A stretch of 64,000 bases of DNA from contig OY762721.1 of NCBI GenBank assembly GCA_963666345.1, positions 3,232,001 to 3,296,000 on the forward strand, written 5' to 3'. The notes under the pieces are model-generated. The model was not told the DNA's origin and did no database searches. It saw only the letters and a list, made by a program, of their open reading frames with translations. Each line of letters opens with the position of its first letter. The stretch's first letter is position 1. Below, one piece after another: positions 9,545-18,890 of the stretch. Source of the stretch: Desulfatiglandales bacterium. GTDB taxonomy: Bacteria > Desulfobacterota > DSM-4660 > Desulfatiglandales > Desulfatiglandaceae. The translations under genes and the position numbers were made by a program.

Positions 9545-10030
9545 TTATTTCAAGCATTGGCCCTTTTCCGGACCTCTTCCAAAACGGTCTCCTTTACCGC
9601 TTTTGAATTTATGTCCCCTCTCAAGCCCGCCTGCGAGGACCCTGACGCGCTGTTCAGGGGTAAGCATGTTGAGGATTGATATCCTGTGGTCAATCGCCTT
9701 TTCCTGCATCCGGCCCATTAGTTCATGGATCTCTTTCTGTTTTGCCTTGATGGCGGTTACGTCGGCTTCCTTCTGCAGCCAGAGCAGTTTCATCTCCGCC
9801 TTTTTCGCCACCAGTTTACTGCGTATAGGGATGGTATCCTTGATATGGGTTTCCCTTAGAGCCCTGACCGTGTCGAGCTGTTCCTGAGTAAGATCAAGAG
9901 AGGAGGTGAAGTCGCGCATGCCCCAGGGAGGTCCCTGCCGGTCGCCTTTCCTGTCCCATGGGTCTGCCATGACAAAAGTTGCGGAAAGAAAAACCATCAG
10001 TGTTGAGATAACTATTACAGTCTTTTTCAT
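9545..10030 (-). CDS. Periplasmic Spy/CpxP/ZraP-like protein
   Basis: Signal peptide, LDLTQEQ and MLTPEQR (LTxxQ) motifs; divergent from a sensor kinase/sigma54 regulator pair as in zraP-zraSR. Confidence 0.8.
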   Translation of the reverse strand: MKKTVIVISTLMVFLSATFVMADPWDRKGDRQGPPWGMRDFTSSLDLTQEQLDTVRALRETHIKDTIPIRSKLVAKKAEMKLLWLQKEADVTAIKAKQKEIHELMGRMQEKAIDHRISILNMLTPEQRVRVLAGGLERGHKFKSGKGDRFGRGPEKGQCLK

Positions 10031-10069
10031 TTGATATCCTCCAGTATTTTTGATTTTGCCTGACTATAA

Positions 10070-10085
10070 AGCATGATCTGTGCCA
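10070..10085 (-). promoter_or_regulatory. sigma54 (-24/-12) promoter of the ZraP/Spy-like gene
   Basis: Minus strand TGGCACAGATCATGCT fits TGGCAC-N5-TTGCW with correct GG/GC spacing, 40 bp upstream of the ATG. Confidence 0.75.
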
Positions 10086-10347
10086 AAAAACCCGATAAGT
10101 ATGTAACCTTTTGGTATTACAGATTATAACTACGGGGAAAGATCCAGGGAAAAGATGGTTTTAGGGAGGTGTTCGGTGCAATAAATGTCGTTGAAGGGCT
10201 TTTTGTTCGACAAATTCGTCGAAATTTCGTATCTTTTTTATTCAGAAAAGGTGAAGCAGGTTGATAGGGGCTGTTAAGGTCAGGTAAACCTTTCAAGCAT
10301 GGTATTTGCATGAATTTACCGGACAAAACGGGTGGAGACAGAGGTGA

Positions 10348-12063
10348 ATGGGAAAAAAAGACGGAAAACCGGGTTCTGGGTCGGGAAAGACAGAACCGCG
10401 TTCAATTTTTCAGCCTGTTGCAGTAGCACTGGTCTGTGTGGTCCTTATCATCCTTCTTGCCTTTATCGGAATGATCAATCTCAAGGGACTGCACGACAGC
10501 CTGGTGGGTTATATGGAGACACGGGGTCTCCACCTGATAAGGGATGTGGAACAGTCTTCCGAATATTATCTGAAAAGGTTAATGCAAAGTGGTCCGTCCG
10601 GAATAGATACTGAATTCAAGCCGGTTTTTTCAGAGAGCCTGTCACTTCAGGAGGCGATGGTTATCGATCTCATAGAGATTGCGCGTAAGATCGACTTGTA
10701 TCAGGGAACTGAACCTCTCACGGACGAAGAGGTCGGATCCATTGCTCGGGCAGAAGAAATCCGGCTCATTGCGGTCGTTGATTCAGCGGGGGTGGTAAAG
10801 GCGAACGGATTCGTGGATGGGCATCTGCTGGGCCTTGCCGAACCTGTGGTAAAGGGACATGAAAAAATTGTTGTTGATCTCTTCGGGCCGGCCGCATTTT
10901 TGAGGGATACGGGTGCCTTGATCCTGAAAAGAGAAGGAAGGCAAGGCGCTGTAATATTGGGCCTTGACAGGGAGGGTATAAGGTACAGAAGTGTTATGGT
11001 GGCTTTTCAGGCGGCAATCGAAGATATCGTGAGGGAAAGTGAGACCGCATACTTTGCCGTTATGGACCAAAACCGGAAAATAATAGCGGGAATAGGTGAT
11101 TTTTCAGGGATTGAAAGGGTTGATAACCCTGCCACGGAACCTGAGAAGATAACAAGAAGGGGGATATCTTCCGAGGGAGAACATATGCTGGAGATAAGTG
11201 CACCCATTGGTCTGGGGCCTGGGGCCCATGGAAGGGCCGTAGTAGCATTTTCAAGAGAAAGTTCAAACCGGATCCTGGAAAAGATACGCAGCGTGCTCTT
11301 TGCCTCGATGGTCGTTGTTGTCTTTATCACGCTCCTTTCCATGTTTTTCCTCTACCGAAGCCAGAAAAGACACCTGAAGGGCATGCGCGAGATGGAAAGG
11401 AGGCTTCAGCAGGCGGAAAGGCTTTCGGCAATGGGGCGTCTTGCAGCCGGTGTGGCCCATGAGATCCGAAATCCCTTAAACGCGATAAGCATGGCCACCC
11501 AGAGGCTTCAACGCGAACACAAAGAGGAACTTATGGGTGTCATCAAGGAAGAGATAAAGAGACTCAACCTGATAATAGAGGAGTTCCTCCAGTTTTCCAG
11601 AACAGACAGATTGAACTTTCTGAATCAGGACATATCCGCCATAGTAAATCAGATAATCCTGCTGGTGCAGGATGAGGCAGAGGCAAAGGGGGTGAAAACG
11701 GATCGGTTCATCCCTGATTCTCCGATTATGGCCCCTGTGGACAAGGACAAGCTCAAGCAGGCCCTTTTGAATGTCGCAAAAAACGCACTGGAAGCGACGG
11801 GTGACGGTGGCTCCATCAGGTTTTCCCTTAGAGAAAAGGATAGACATTGGGTATCTATAAAAATATCCGATACAGGAGAAGGCATCCCCGAAGATAGAAT
11901 ATCCCGGATTTTTGATCCTGACTATACCACAAAGGAGAAGGGCCTCGGCCTTGGCCTTCCCATAGCAAACGAGATAATAAGGGGACACGGGGGTGAGATA
12001 GAGGTCCTAAGTCTGCCGGATTCAGGTACCACTTTTGAAATACTTCTACCGAAACTGATATGA
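10348..12063 (+). CDS. Membrane sensor histidine kinase (ZraS/NtrB-like)
   Basis: Two TM segments; H-box AHEIRNPL, N-box NVAKNA, DTGEGI, GLGLGL. Confidence 0.92.
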   Translation: MGKKDGKPGSGSGKTEPRSIFQPVAVALVCVVLIILLAFIGMINLKGLHDSLVGYMETRGLHLIRDVEQSSEYYLKRLMQSGPSGIDTEFKPVFSESLSLQEAMVIDLIEIARKIDLYQGTEPLTDEEVGSIARAEEIRLIAVVDSAGVVKANGFVDGHLLGLAEPVVKGHEKIVVDLFGPAAFLRDTGALILKREGRQGAVILGLDREGIRYRSVMVAFQAAIEDIVRESETAYFAVMDQNRKIIAGIGDFSGIERVDNPATEPEKITRRGISSEGEHMLEISAPIGLGPGAHGRAVVAFSRESSNRILEKIRSVLFASMVVVVFITLLSMFFLYRSQKRHLKGMREMERRLQQAERLSAMGRLAAGVAHEIRNPLNAISMATQRLQREHKEELMGVIKEEIKRLNLIIEEFLQFSRTDRLNFLNQDISAIVNQIILLVQDEAEAKGVKTDRFIPDSPIMAPVDKDKLKQALLNVAKNALEATGDGGSIRFSLREKDRHWVSIKISDTGEGIPEDRISRIFDPDYTTKEKGLGLGLPIANEIIRGHGGEIEVLSLPDSGTTFEILLPKLI

Positions 12064-12171
12064 GCCTTGAGATGCCTTCGGCAAATCAACCCCTTTACCG
12101 ATACCGAAATTATTCAACACAGACAACCACACAATCATTTTACATTGTACACAGATCCGGGAGCGGTTTAT

Positions 12172-13536
12172 ATGAACAGACCCACAATACTTGTAACAGA
12201 GGACGGAAAGACTCAGAGGGAGATGCTGAGGGATTTTTTGGTTGGCGAGGGCTATGACGTCCTGGAGGCGGAAGACGGAAAAAAGGCCATAGCCAGGGTA
12301 AAGGACAGCCACGTGGATATCATCTTGCTCGACTACAAGATGCCTTCCATGGACGGCATGGAGGTGCTTAAGGAGATGAAATCCATAAACCCGGAGATAG
12401 ATGTTATCATGATGACCGCCTACGGTACGATAGAGACCGCCGTAAACGCCATGAAAGAAGGGGCCTATGACTATGTCACAAAACCGGTTGAGCTTGATGA
12501 ACTCCTGGTTCTCCTTGAACGAATTTCGGAAAAAAGGGATATAATAAGAGAAAATGAGATATTGAAGGATAATCTGAGAGATAAGGGGGTTACGGCGGAT
12601 CAGATCATTTATCAAGGCCGTGCCATGGAAGAGGTCGTAAACATGGCCGGCAGGGTGGCGGCAAGCCGCGCAGCCGTGCTCATTCGTGGTGAAAGCGGGA
12701 CAGGTAAGGAACTCATATCAAAACTCATTCATAACCTGAGCCCCCGGTCCGAAAGGCCTATGATTACTGTCAATTGCGCGGCCCTTCCCGAGACCCTTCT
12801 TGAAAGTGAGTTGTTCGGTCACGAAAAAGGGGCCTTTACCGGCTCCACTCAGAGAAGAATAGGCCGCTTTGAAGAGGCTGACGGAGGCACACTGTTTCTG
12901 GATGAGATAGGGGAGCTTTCCCCGGGTGTGCAGGTGAAGCTTTTAAGATTTCTTCAGGAAAAGGAATTTCAGCGTCTGGGCGGCAACCATACCCTTAACT
13001 CCGATGTGCGGGTAATAAGCGCCACCAACAGGGATCTTGATGAGAGATTGAAAAACGGTGATTTCAGAGAGGATCTCTACTACAGACTGAATGTGGTGGT
13101 AATCACGGTACCGCCTTTAAGAGAGAGGAAAGAGGATATCCCCCTTCTGATTGATTATTTTATGAAGGCCTATTGCAGGGAAAACGGAAAATCGGTAGAT
13201 GCGGTAAGCAGGGAGGCAAGGGATCTCCTTATCAAATACGATTACCCGGGTAATGTGAGAGAGCTTGAAAACATCATCGAAAGGGCGGTCGTCATAACAA
13301 GGGATTCCATTATATCAAAAAGGGACCTTCCATTTCAGGCAGAGCCGGAAGAATCGTTCAAAGGGATTGTTCCAGGGAGCGGGACCATAAAGGAAAATGT
13401 CGAAATGCTTGAACGGGGCATGATCGAAAGGGCCATGAACGAGTGTTCCCGGCACCAGACAAGGGCTGCCGAGTCGCTCGGTATAAGTGAGCGGATGCTG
13501 AGGTACAAACTGAAAAAGTATGGTTTTAAGAAATGA
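12172..13536 (+). CDS. sigma54-dependent response regulator (NtrC/ZraR family)
   Basis: Receiver domain (LLDYKMP), GESGTGKE, ESELFGHEKGAFTGS, FLDEIGE, C-terminal Fis HTH; ATG at 12172. Confidence 0.93.
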   Translation: MNRPTILVTEDGKTQREMLRDFLVGEGYDVLEAEDGKKAIARVKDSHVDIILLDYKMPSMDGMEVLKEMKSINPEIDVIMMTAYGTIETAVNAMKEGAYDYVTKPVELDELLVLLERISEKRDIIRENEILKDNLRDKGVTADQIIYQGRAMEEVVNMAGRVAASRAAVLIRGESGTGKELISKLIHNLSPRSERPMITVNCAALPETLLESELFGHEKGAFTGSTQRRIGRFEEADGGTLFLDEIGELSPGVQVKLLRFLQEKEFQRLGGNHTLNSDVRVISATNRDLDERLKNGDFREDLYYRLNVVVITVPPLRERKEDIPLLIDYFMKAYCRENGKSVDAVSREARDLLIKYDYPGNVRELENIIERAVVITRDSIISKRDLPFQAEPEESFKGIVPGSGTIKENVEMLERGMIERAMNECSRHQTRAAESLGISERMLRYKLKKYGFKK

Positions 13537-13615
13537 GAAAGATCTCCAGATAAGTCGAAGTCGATAAGAGGAAAACAGGTATATTGCACGGGACTGATAC
13601 AGTTGTAATCCATGA

Positions 13616-13690
13616 GGGTTCAAGGATCCGGGGATTCGAGTGAAATGCCGAAGGCTCTGATAAAACCCTCAGGAATTAAATCCTTGGACT
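13616..13690 (+). repeat. Degenerate octamer repeats plus collapsed four-helix-bundle gene remnant
   Basis: AGGGTTCA AGGATCCG GGGATTCG AGTG followed by a sequence reading EMPKALIKPSGIKSL, similar to ETMLKAMIKSLERKP at the end of the 14369-14578 remnant. Confidence 0.5.
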
Positions 13691-13722
13691 TTTTCTCCGG
13701 CTACATTGAAGAACAGGCAAAA

Positions 13723-14217
13723 ATGGAAATCAAAGAAGGATATATACCAGGGTCGATCGGTAGGATCGCCGAGCTTCACGGCACATACTATTGCGATAAC
13801 TGGGGGTTCGGACTTTTTTTCGAGGCAAAGGTGGCCGGGGAGCTTTCGGAGTTCCTTGGGAGATACGATAAGGGGCGTGACCGTTTTCTGACCGCGTGGA
13901 CGGATGAAAGGCTGGAGGGCTCCATAGCCATCGACGCGCTTCATGCGGACACGGAAGGGGCCCATCTGAGATGGTTTATCGTCTCTGAAAGGCTCAGGGG
14001 AACCGGGGCAGGCGGCCTCCTTATAAACAATGCAATCCATTTCTGCCGTAAAAAGGGATACAAAAGGATATTCCTGTGGACCTTTGAGGGTCTGGATGCT
14101 GCAAGACACCTCTATGAAAAGGAGGGGTTCAGGCTCGTTGATCAGAAAGAAGGTGCTCAGTGGGGTACTGAGGTAAAGGAGCAGCGTTTTTTACTTCCGC
14201 TTGATCGGATCTATTGA
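13723..14217 (+). CDS. GNAT family N-acetyltransferase
   Basis: HLRWFIV...RGTGAG acetyl-CoA motif, LWTF.GL.AARHLYEKEGF; ATG at 13723. Confidence 0.88.
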   Translation: MEIKEGYIPGSIGRIAELHGTYYCDNWGFGLFFEAKVAGELSEFLGRYDKGRDRFLTAWTDERLEGSIAIDALHADTEGAHLRWFIVSERLRGTGAGGLLINNAIHFCRKKGYKRIFLWTFEGLDAARHLYEKEGFRLVDQKEGAQWGTEVKEQRFLLPLDRIY

Positions 14218-14220
14218 AGC

Positions 14221-14241
14221 TCCCGGCAGCAAGCTGCGGGG
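14221..14241. repeat. GC-rich palindrome (REP-like hairpin)
   Basis: TCCCGGCAGC-AA-GCTGCGGGG immediately after the GNAT stop codon. Confidence 0.45.
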
Positions 14242-14368
14242 AATCTCCAAATGTGGATCATCTCCAAAAGAGTTGATCTAAATGAAGGATTCTTCGCCCT
14301 CGCTTAGATCAGCTCAGTTCCACTGCTTTGCAGCGGGTTCCCGGTTTCGAAGGGTCAATGGTTCGAGG

Positions 14369-14578
14369 TATGGGGGGAAAACTACTATAAAGTATATGAG
14401 ATTTTTCTATATTGCATATGGTTCAGTCTGTGAATCGGAAACCCGAGCCATGATATCAGGTGACCTGGGTTATGTGGAAAAACAGAGGCTTCAGGAATTA
14501 GGAGGGGAAATCGGGGATGTCGAGACAATGCTCAAAGCAATGATCAAATCCCTGGAAAGAAAACCCTCGAATCCTTGA
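14369..14578 (+). pseudogene. 3' fragment of a four-helix-bundle (23S rRNA IVP-like) gene
   Basis: YGGKTTIKYMRFFYIAYGSVCESETRAMISGDLGY...EIGDVETMLKAMIKSL resembles the C-terminal half of that family; N-terminal half absent. Confidence 0.75.
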
Positions 14579-14644
14579 ATCCTGGAACCCTGGAACCCTG
14601 GAACCCTGGAACCCTTGGACCCTTGGACCCTTGGACCCTTGGAC
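14565..14644 (+). repeat. Octamer tandem repeat, 10 units
   Basis: CCTCGAAT, CCTTGAAT, 4x CCTGGAAC, 4x CCTTGGAC. Confidence 0.95.
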
Positions 14645-14708
14645 CCTCTTCGCCAACTAAGTTGGAGAAGAACCCCAAATGTCAAGTTTTCAAAAGAGGA
14701 GGTTAAAG

Positions 14709-15209
14709 ATGGCACAAATAACTTTTAAAGGCAACATCGTTGAAACAGTGGGCGATCTTCCGGCAAAAGGCTCTGTTGCTTTCCCCTTTGTTCTTACAAA
14801 GACCGAGCTTTCGGAGTGCACCCTAGCCGATTTTAAAGGAAAAAGAGTTGTTCTCAATATATTCCCCAGCATAGACACCTCAGTTTGCGCCGCATCGGTC
14901 AGGAGATTTAACCAGGAGGCAAGCGAGCTTGAAAATTGTGCTGTTCTGTGTATCTCGGCCGACCTTCCCTTTGCACATGAAAGGTTCTGCGAGGTGGAGG
15001 GCCTCAAGGACGTGATCCCCCTGTCGGTGTTCAGGTCCCCCGAGTTCGGCAACGACTACGGCGTGACCATGACGAGCGGCCCTTTGAGGGGGCTTCTGGC
15101 AAGGGCGATAGTTATTGTTGATGTATCAGGTAAGATCACCTATACGGAGCTTGTGCCTGATATAGCCCATGAGCCCGATTATGACTCGGCCCTGGCATCC
15201 CTTTCCTGA
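14709..15209 (+). CDS. tpx: Thiol peroxidase (atypical 2-Cys peroxiredoxin)
   Basis: FPSIDTSVC, ISADLPFA..RFC, GLLARA motifs; GAGGAGG RBS. Confidence 0.95.
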   Translation: MAQITFKGNIVETVGDLPAKGSVAFPFVLTKTELSECTLADFKGKRVVLNIFPSIDTSVCAASVRRFNQEASELENCAVLCISADLPFAHERFCEVEGLKDVIPLSVFRSPEFGNDYGVTMTSGPLRGLLARAIVIVDVSGKITYTELVPDIAHEPDYDSALASLS

Positions 15210-15271
15210 TGTTTGAGTCGGTAAAGGCGGGTATTTATGCGGAGACTATTAAAAGGCCGGTTTTTTGAATT

Positions 15272-15508
15272 ATGAACGGATGCAGACACAGGAACCTGGA
15301 GACACTGCCCGGAGAAAAGAAAAGGGTTCGCTGCAGGAGATGCAACCTCGTCATTTCCGCGGAAGAGCTGGGGGGAGGATATTGCCCCGAGTGTTACGAG
15401 ACAAGCGGACTTCGGCATTACGAATTCGAGAATATTTCAAATGATGGAGAGACCCTTATCCGATACAGGTGCGAAGAGTGCGGAGAGGTCCTGGAGTACA
15501 AAAAATAG
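15272..15508 (+). CDS. Small zinc-ribbon protein
   Basis: Three CxxC motifs (CRRC, CPEC, CEEC); directly upstream of uvrA. Confidence 0.6.
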   Translation: MNGCRHRNLETLPGEKKRVRCRRCNLVISAEELGGGYCPECYETSGLRHYEFENISNDGETLIRYRCEECGEVLEYKK

Positions 15509-15530
15509 GGCGACAGGCCCTTGAGACCTT

Positions 15531-18383
15531 ATGTCAAGAGAATTCATAAAGATAAGAGGCGCAAGACAGCACAACCTTAAAAACATCTCGCTCGATATCC
15601 CCCGCAACAGGCTTGTCGTAATCACAGGACTTTCAGGATCGGGAAAATCCTCGCTCGCCTTTGACACCATTTACGCGGAGGGGCAGAGAAGATATGTGGA
15701 GTCTCTTTCAGCCTACGCAAGACAGTTCCTGGAGCAGGCGGAAAAACCGGACGCAGACTCCATCGAGGGCCTTTCCCCCGCCATATCGATAGAGCAGAGG
15801 ACCTCCAGTAAAAACCCCCGTTCCACGGTGGGCACGGTAACGGAGATTTATGATTACCTTAGGGTCCTTTTTGCCAGGGCGGGCAGACCTTTCTGTCCCA
15901 ACTGCAATCTGGAGATAAAGGCCCAGACCACTCAGGAGATCGTGGACCGGATAATGTCCATTGAAGAAGGGGCAAGGATCCAGGTGCTTGCCCCGCTTGT
16001 GGATGGGAGAAAGGGGGCCCATGCAAAACTTTTTCAGGGACTTAGGAAGGACGGCTTTACCAGGATCAGGATAGACGGTGAGGTAAGACTCCTTGACGAA
16101 GATATCGTGCTGGAAAAAAACAGAAAGCATGATATAGGCGTCATAGTAGACAGGCTCGTCATAAAAAATGAGATCAGGCAGAGACTGACCGATTCCGTTG
16201 AGCTGACCCTGTCACTTTCACAGGGAAAGGTCCTGATCGACCTTGGTGATAAAAAAGAGCTGTTCTTCAATCAGGAGGCCGCCTGCCCGGAGTGCGGTCT
16301 CAGCATTCCTGAACTCACACCACAGATGTTTTCCTTTAACAACCCTAAAGGTGCCTGCCCCGAATGCGGGGGGCTAGGCTCAAAGCGCTATCTTGACCCG
16401 GAACTGATAATTCCCGATCCGAAGAGGTCCCTAAAGCAGGGGGTAGTGGCCCCCTGGGCCGGCAGGAACGGACACTCTTTCTATTATCAGCAGATGCTTG
16501 ACTCGGTATGTAAAAGATATTCCGTTGATCCCTACGGCGCATTTGAAAAGATACCTGAAGAGGTAAGGGGTCTTTTCCTGTATGGTACGGGAAAGGAAGA
16601 TGTGGATTTCAGATTTGAGAGGGATGACAGAAAATACTCATACAAAAGGCCTTTTGAAGGCATTATCCCGAACCTTGAAAGACGTTACAGAGAGACTGAT
16701 TCCTATCAGGTGCGCGAAGAGATCGAAGAGTTCATGAGCATAAGACCCTGTCCCTCCTGTAATGGGGCCAGGTTGAGGCCTGAAACCCTGGCGGTCAGGT
16801 TCAGCGGCAAGGCGATAAACGAGATAACATCCATGTCGGTGGAAAGGGCGGTGGCGTTTTTTGAGCACCTGGAACTGGGTCCCATGGAAAAGGCGGTTGC
16901 CGGCAGGGTCCTAAGGGAGATAGGAAGCCGCCTCGGTTTTCTAAAGGGCGTAGGTCTGGAATATCTCACCATTGATCGCGCGGCCTCAACCCTGTCAGGC
17001 GGTGAAGACCAGAGGATAAGACTTGCCACTCAGATAAGTTCCGGTCTGGCAGGGGTGCTCTACGTGCTTGATGAGCCGAGCATAGGCCTTCACCAGAGAG
17101 ACAACCTGAGGCTTTTAAAAAATCTGAGGCATCTAAAAGAACTCGAAAACACTGTCCTTGTGGTTGAACATGACGCCGAGGCCATCCTGTCGGCCGACCA
17201 TGTCATAGACATGGGCCCCGGGGCCGGTATAAAGGGCGGGGAACTTGTCTTTGAGGGCAGCCCTGAAGAACTTTTAAGGGATGAGAAATCCCTTACGGGA
17301 AAATACCTTTCCGGCAGGCTCAAGATACCGGTGCCTGCGACAAGGAGGAAAAACAGCCGGGGCGCGATCCTGATCAAGGGGGCAAGGGAGAACAACCTTA
17401 AGGGTATCGACGTCCGGATACCGCTTGGAACCCTTACCTGCATTACGGGGGTATCGGGTTCCGGCAAGAGCAGCCTTGTAAACGGGATACTGTTTCCGGC
17501 CTTAAGCCGGCAGCTTTACCGTTCAAAAGCGCGGGTGGGTCCTGTGGAAGGAATAGAAGGCATTCACAGGATCGATAAGGTGGTTAACATAGACCAGAGT
17601 TCAATAGGAAGGACCCCGAGGTCGAATCCCGCCACCTACACAGGGGTCTTTACACATATCAGGGAGCTTTTTTCCATGCTGCCCGATTCAAAGATAAGGG
17701 GGTATAAGGCGGGAAGATTCAGCTTTAATGTAAAAGGGGGAAGATGCGAGGCGTGCAAGGGGGACGGCATAATCAAGATAGAGATGCATTTTCTTCCTGA
17801 CGTGTATATCGCCTGTGAGGCGTGCAAGGGGCTCAGATACAACCGGGAGACACTGGATGTGAGATTCAAGGGGAACAGCATCGCGGATGTCCTTGATATG
17901 ACCGTAAACCAGGCCCTGGGTCTTTTCGGGGCCATCCCTTCCATAGCGGGTAAGCTTCAGACTCTTGTCGATGTCGGGATGGGATACATAAAGCTGGGGC
18001 AGCAGGCAACCACGCTCTCGGGAGGAGAGGCCCAGAGGGTGAAACTGGCAAAAGAACTGAGCAAGAAAAATACCGGCAGGACCCTTTACCTGCTTGATGA
18101 ACCTACCACCGGGCTTCATTTCGAGGATATAAAGAAGCTCCTTGAGGTATTGAATCATCTGGTTGAACTCAATAATACGGTGGTAATCATCGAACATAAT
18201 ATGGATGTCATAAAGACGGCGGACCATGTTATCGATCTGGGCCCGGAAGGGGGGGAGAGGGGCGGAAACGTGGTCGGGTGCGGGACACCTGAAGAGGTCT
18301 CGCGGATCAAGGGCTCTTACACCGGCATGTATCTGAGAAAAATCCTTGAACCTGGCATAAGGCCTTTACATGTTGGGCTTTGA
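15531..18383 (+). CDS. uvrA: Excinuclease ABC subunit A
   Basis: GARQHNLKNI, GLSGSGKSSLAFDT, zinc fingers, two LSGGE.QR ABC signatures. Confidence 0.98.
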   Translation: MSREFIKIRGARQHNLKNISLDIPRNRLVVITGLSGSGKSSLAFDTIYAEGQRRYVESLSAYARQFLEQAEKPDADSIEGLSPAISIEQRTSSKNPRSTVGTVTEIYDYLRVLFARAGRPFCPNCNLEIKAQTTQEIVDRIMSIEEGARIQVLAPLVDGRKGAHAKLFQGLRKDGFTRIRIDGEVRLLDEDIVLEKNRKHDIGVIVDRLVIKNEIRQRLTDSVELTLSLSQGKVLIDLGDKKELFFNQEAACPECGLSIPELTPQMFSFNNPKGACPECGGLGSKRYLDPELIIPDPKRSLKQGVVAPWAGRNGHSFYYQQMLDSVCKRYSVDPYGAFEKIPEEVRGLFLYGTGKEDVDFRFERDDRKYSYKRPFEGIIPNLERRYRETDSYQVREEIEEFMSIRPCPSCNGARLRPETLAVRFSGKAINEITSMSVERAVAFFEHLELGPMEKAVAGRVLREIGSRLGFLKGVGLEYLTIDRAASTLSGGEDQRIRLATQISSGLAGVLYVLDEPSIGLHQRDNLRLLKNLRHLKELENTVLVVEHDAEAILSADHVIDMGPGAGIKGGELVFEGSPEELLRDEKSLTGKYLSGRLKIPVPATRRKNSRGAILIKGARENNLKGIDVRIPLGTLTCITGVSGSGKSSLVNGILFPALSRQLYRSKARVGPVEGIEGIHRIDKVVNIDQSSIGRTPRSNPATYTGVFTHIRELFSMLPDSKIRGYKAGRFSFNVKGGRCEACKGDGIIKIEMHFLPDVYIACEACKGLRYNRETLDVRFKGNSIADVLDMTVNQALGLFGAIPSIAGKLQTLVDVGMGYIKLGQQATTLSGGEAQRVKLAKELSKKNTGRTLYLLDEPTTGLHFEDIKKLLEVLNHLVELNNTVVIIEHNMDVIKTADHVIDLGPEGGERGGNVVGCGTPEEVSRIKGSYTGMYLRKILEPGIRPLHVGL

Positions 18384-18408
18384 CGGAGAGATGGTTTCGC
18401 CGTAAAAG

Positions 18409-18441
18409 AAAAAGGGCCCCGATTTAAGGACCCTTTTTTTT
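18409..18441. terminator. Bidirectional intrinsic terminator between uvrA and atpE
   Basis: AAAAAGGGCCCC...AGGACCCTTTTTTTTT. Confidence 0.7.
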
Positions 18442-18448
18442 GGGTATC

Positions 18449-18814
18449 TTATTTGAACACCTGTTCGATGATCAGATCGAAACTGGGGATCTTGAATACC
18501 ATGATAAAGCAGATGACCAGGGCGTAGATACAGAGGGACTCGATCAGGGCCAGTCCGATGATCATGGTGGTCATAATCTTTCCGCCCGCCTCCGGGTTCC
18601 TGGCAGTACCCTGAAGGGCGCCGTTGATGGCATTTCCCATGCCGATTCCGGTTCCAAGGGCCGCTACCCCTATACCGAAACCGCAGGCAATGGCTATCCC
18701 GAAGAATATCCAGAGTCCCGCCGCCTGAGCGGACCCGTCGGATGCCGCCGCAACCGATGCCATCCCCAGAATCATGAGCCCTGTGAGGATTCCAATAAGT
18801 GTTTTCTTAGACAT
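18449..18814 (-). CDS. atpE: ATP synthase F0 subunit c with N-terminal extension
   Basis: GxGxGxG helix, ARNPEA loop, IGLALIES carboxylate. Confidence 0.95.
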   Translation of the reverse strand: MSKKTLIGILTGLMILGMASVAAASDGSAQAAGLWIFFGIAIACGFGIGVAALGTGIGMGNAINGALQGTARNPEAGGKIMTTMIIGLALIESLCIYALVICFIMVFKIPSFDLIIEQVFK

Positions 18815-18890
18815 GTAAGCCTCCTTTCAGATTGTTATTGTGGCCTTCTTCCTAAAAGCGCCTTTTAAAAAGGCATGAAAAAACGTTTCA

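Larger units (their letters stand above)
14255..14674. mobile_element. Non-autonomous element with 21-bp imperfect TIRs and 8-bp TSD, carrying a four-helix-bundle gene remnant
   Basis: Left end GGATCATCTCCAAAAGAGTTG, right end CAACTAAGTTGGAGAAGAACC (16/21 complementary); CCAAATGT duplicated at 14247-14254 and 14675-14682. Confidence 0.8.

Noticed and set aside
14565..14644. Possible CRISPR array
   Set aside because: Contiguous 8-bp units without spacers; no cas genes in the window
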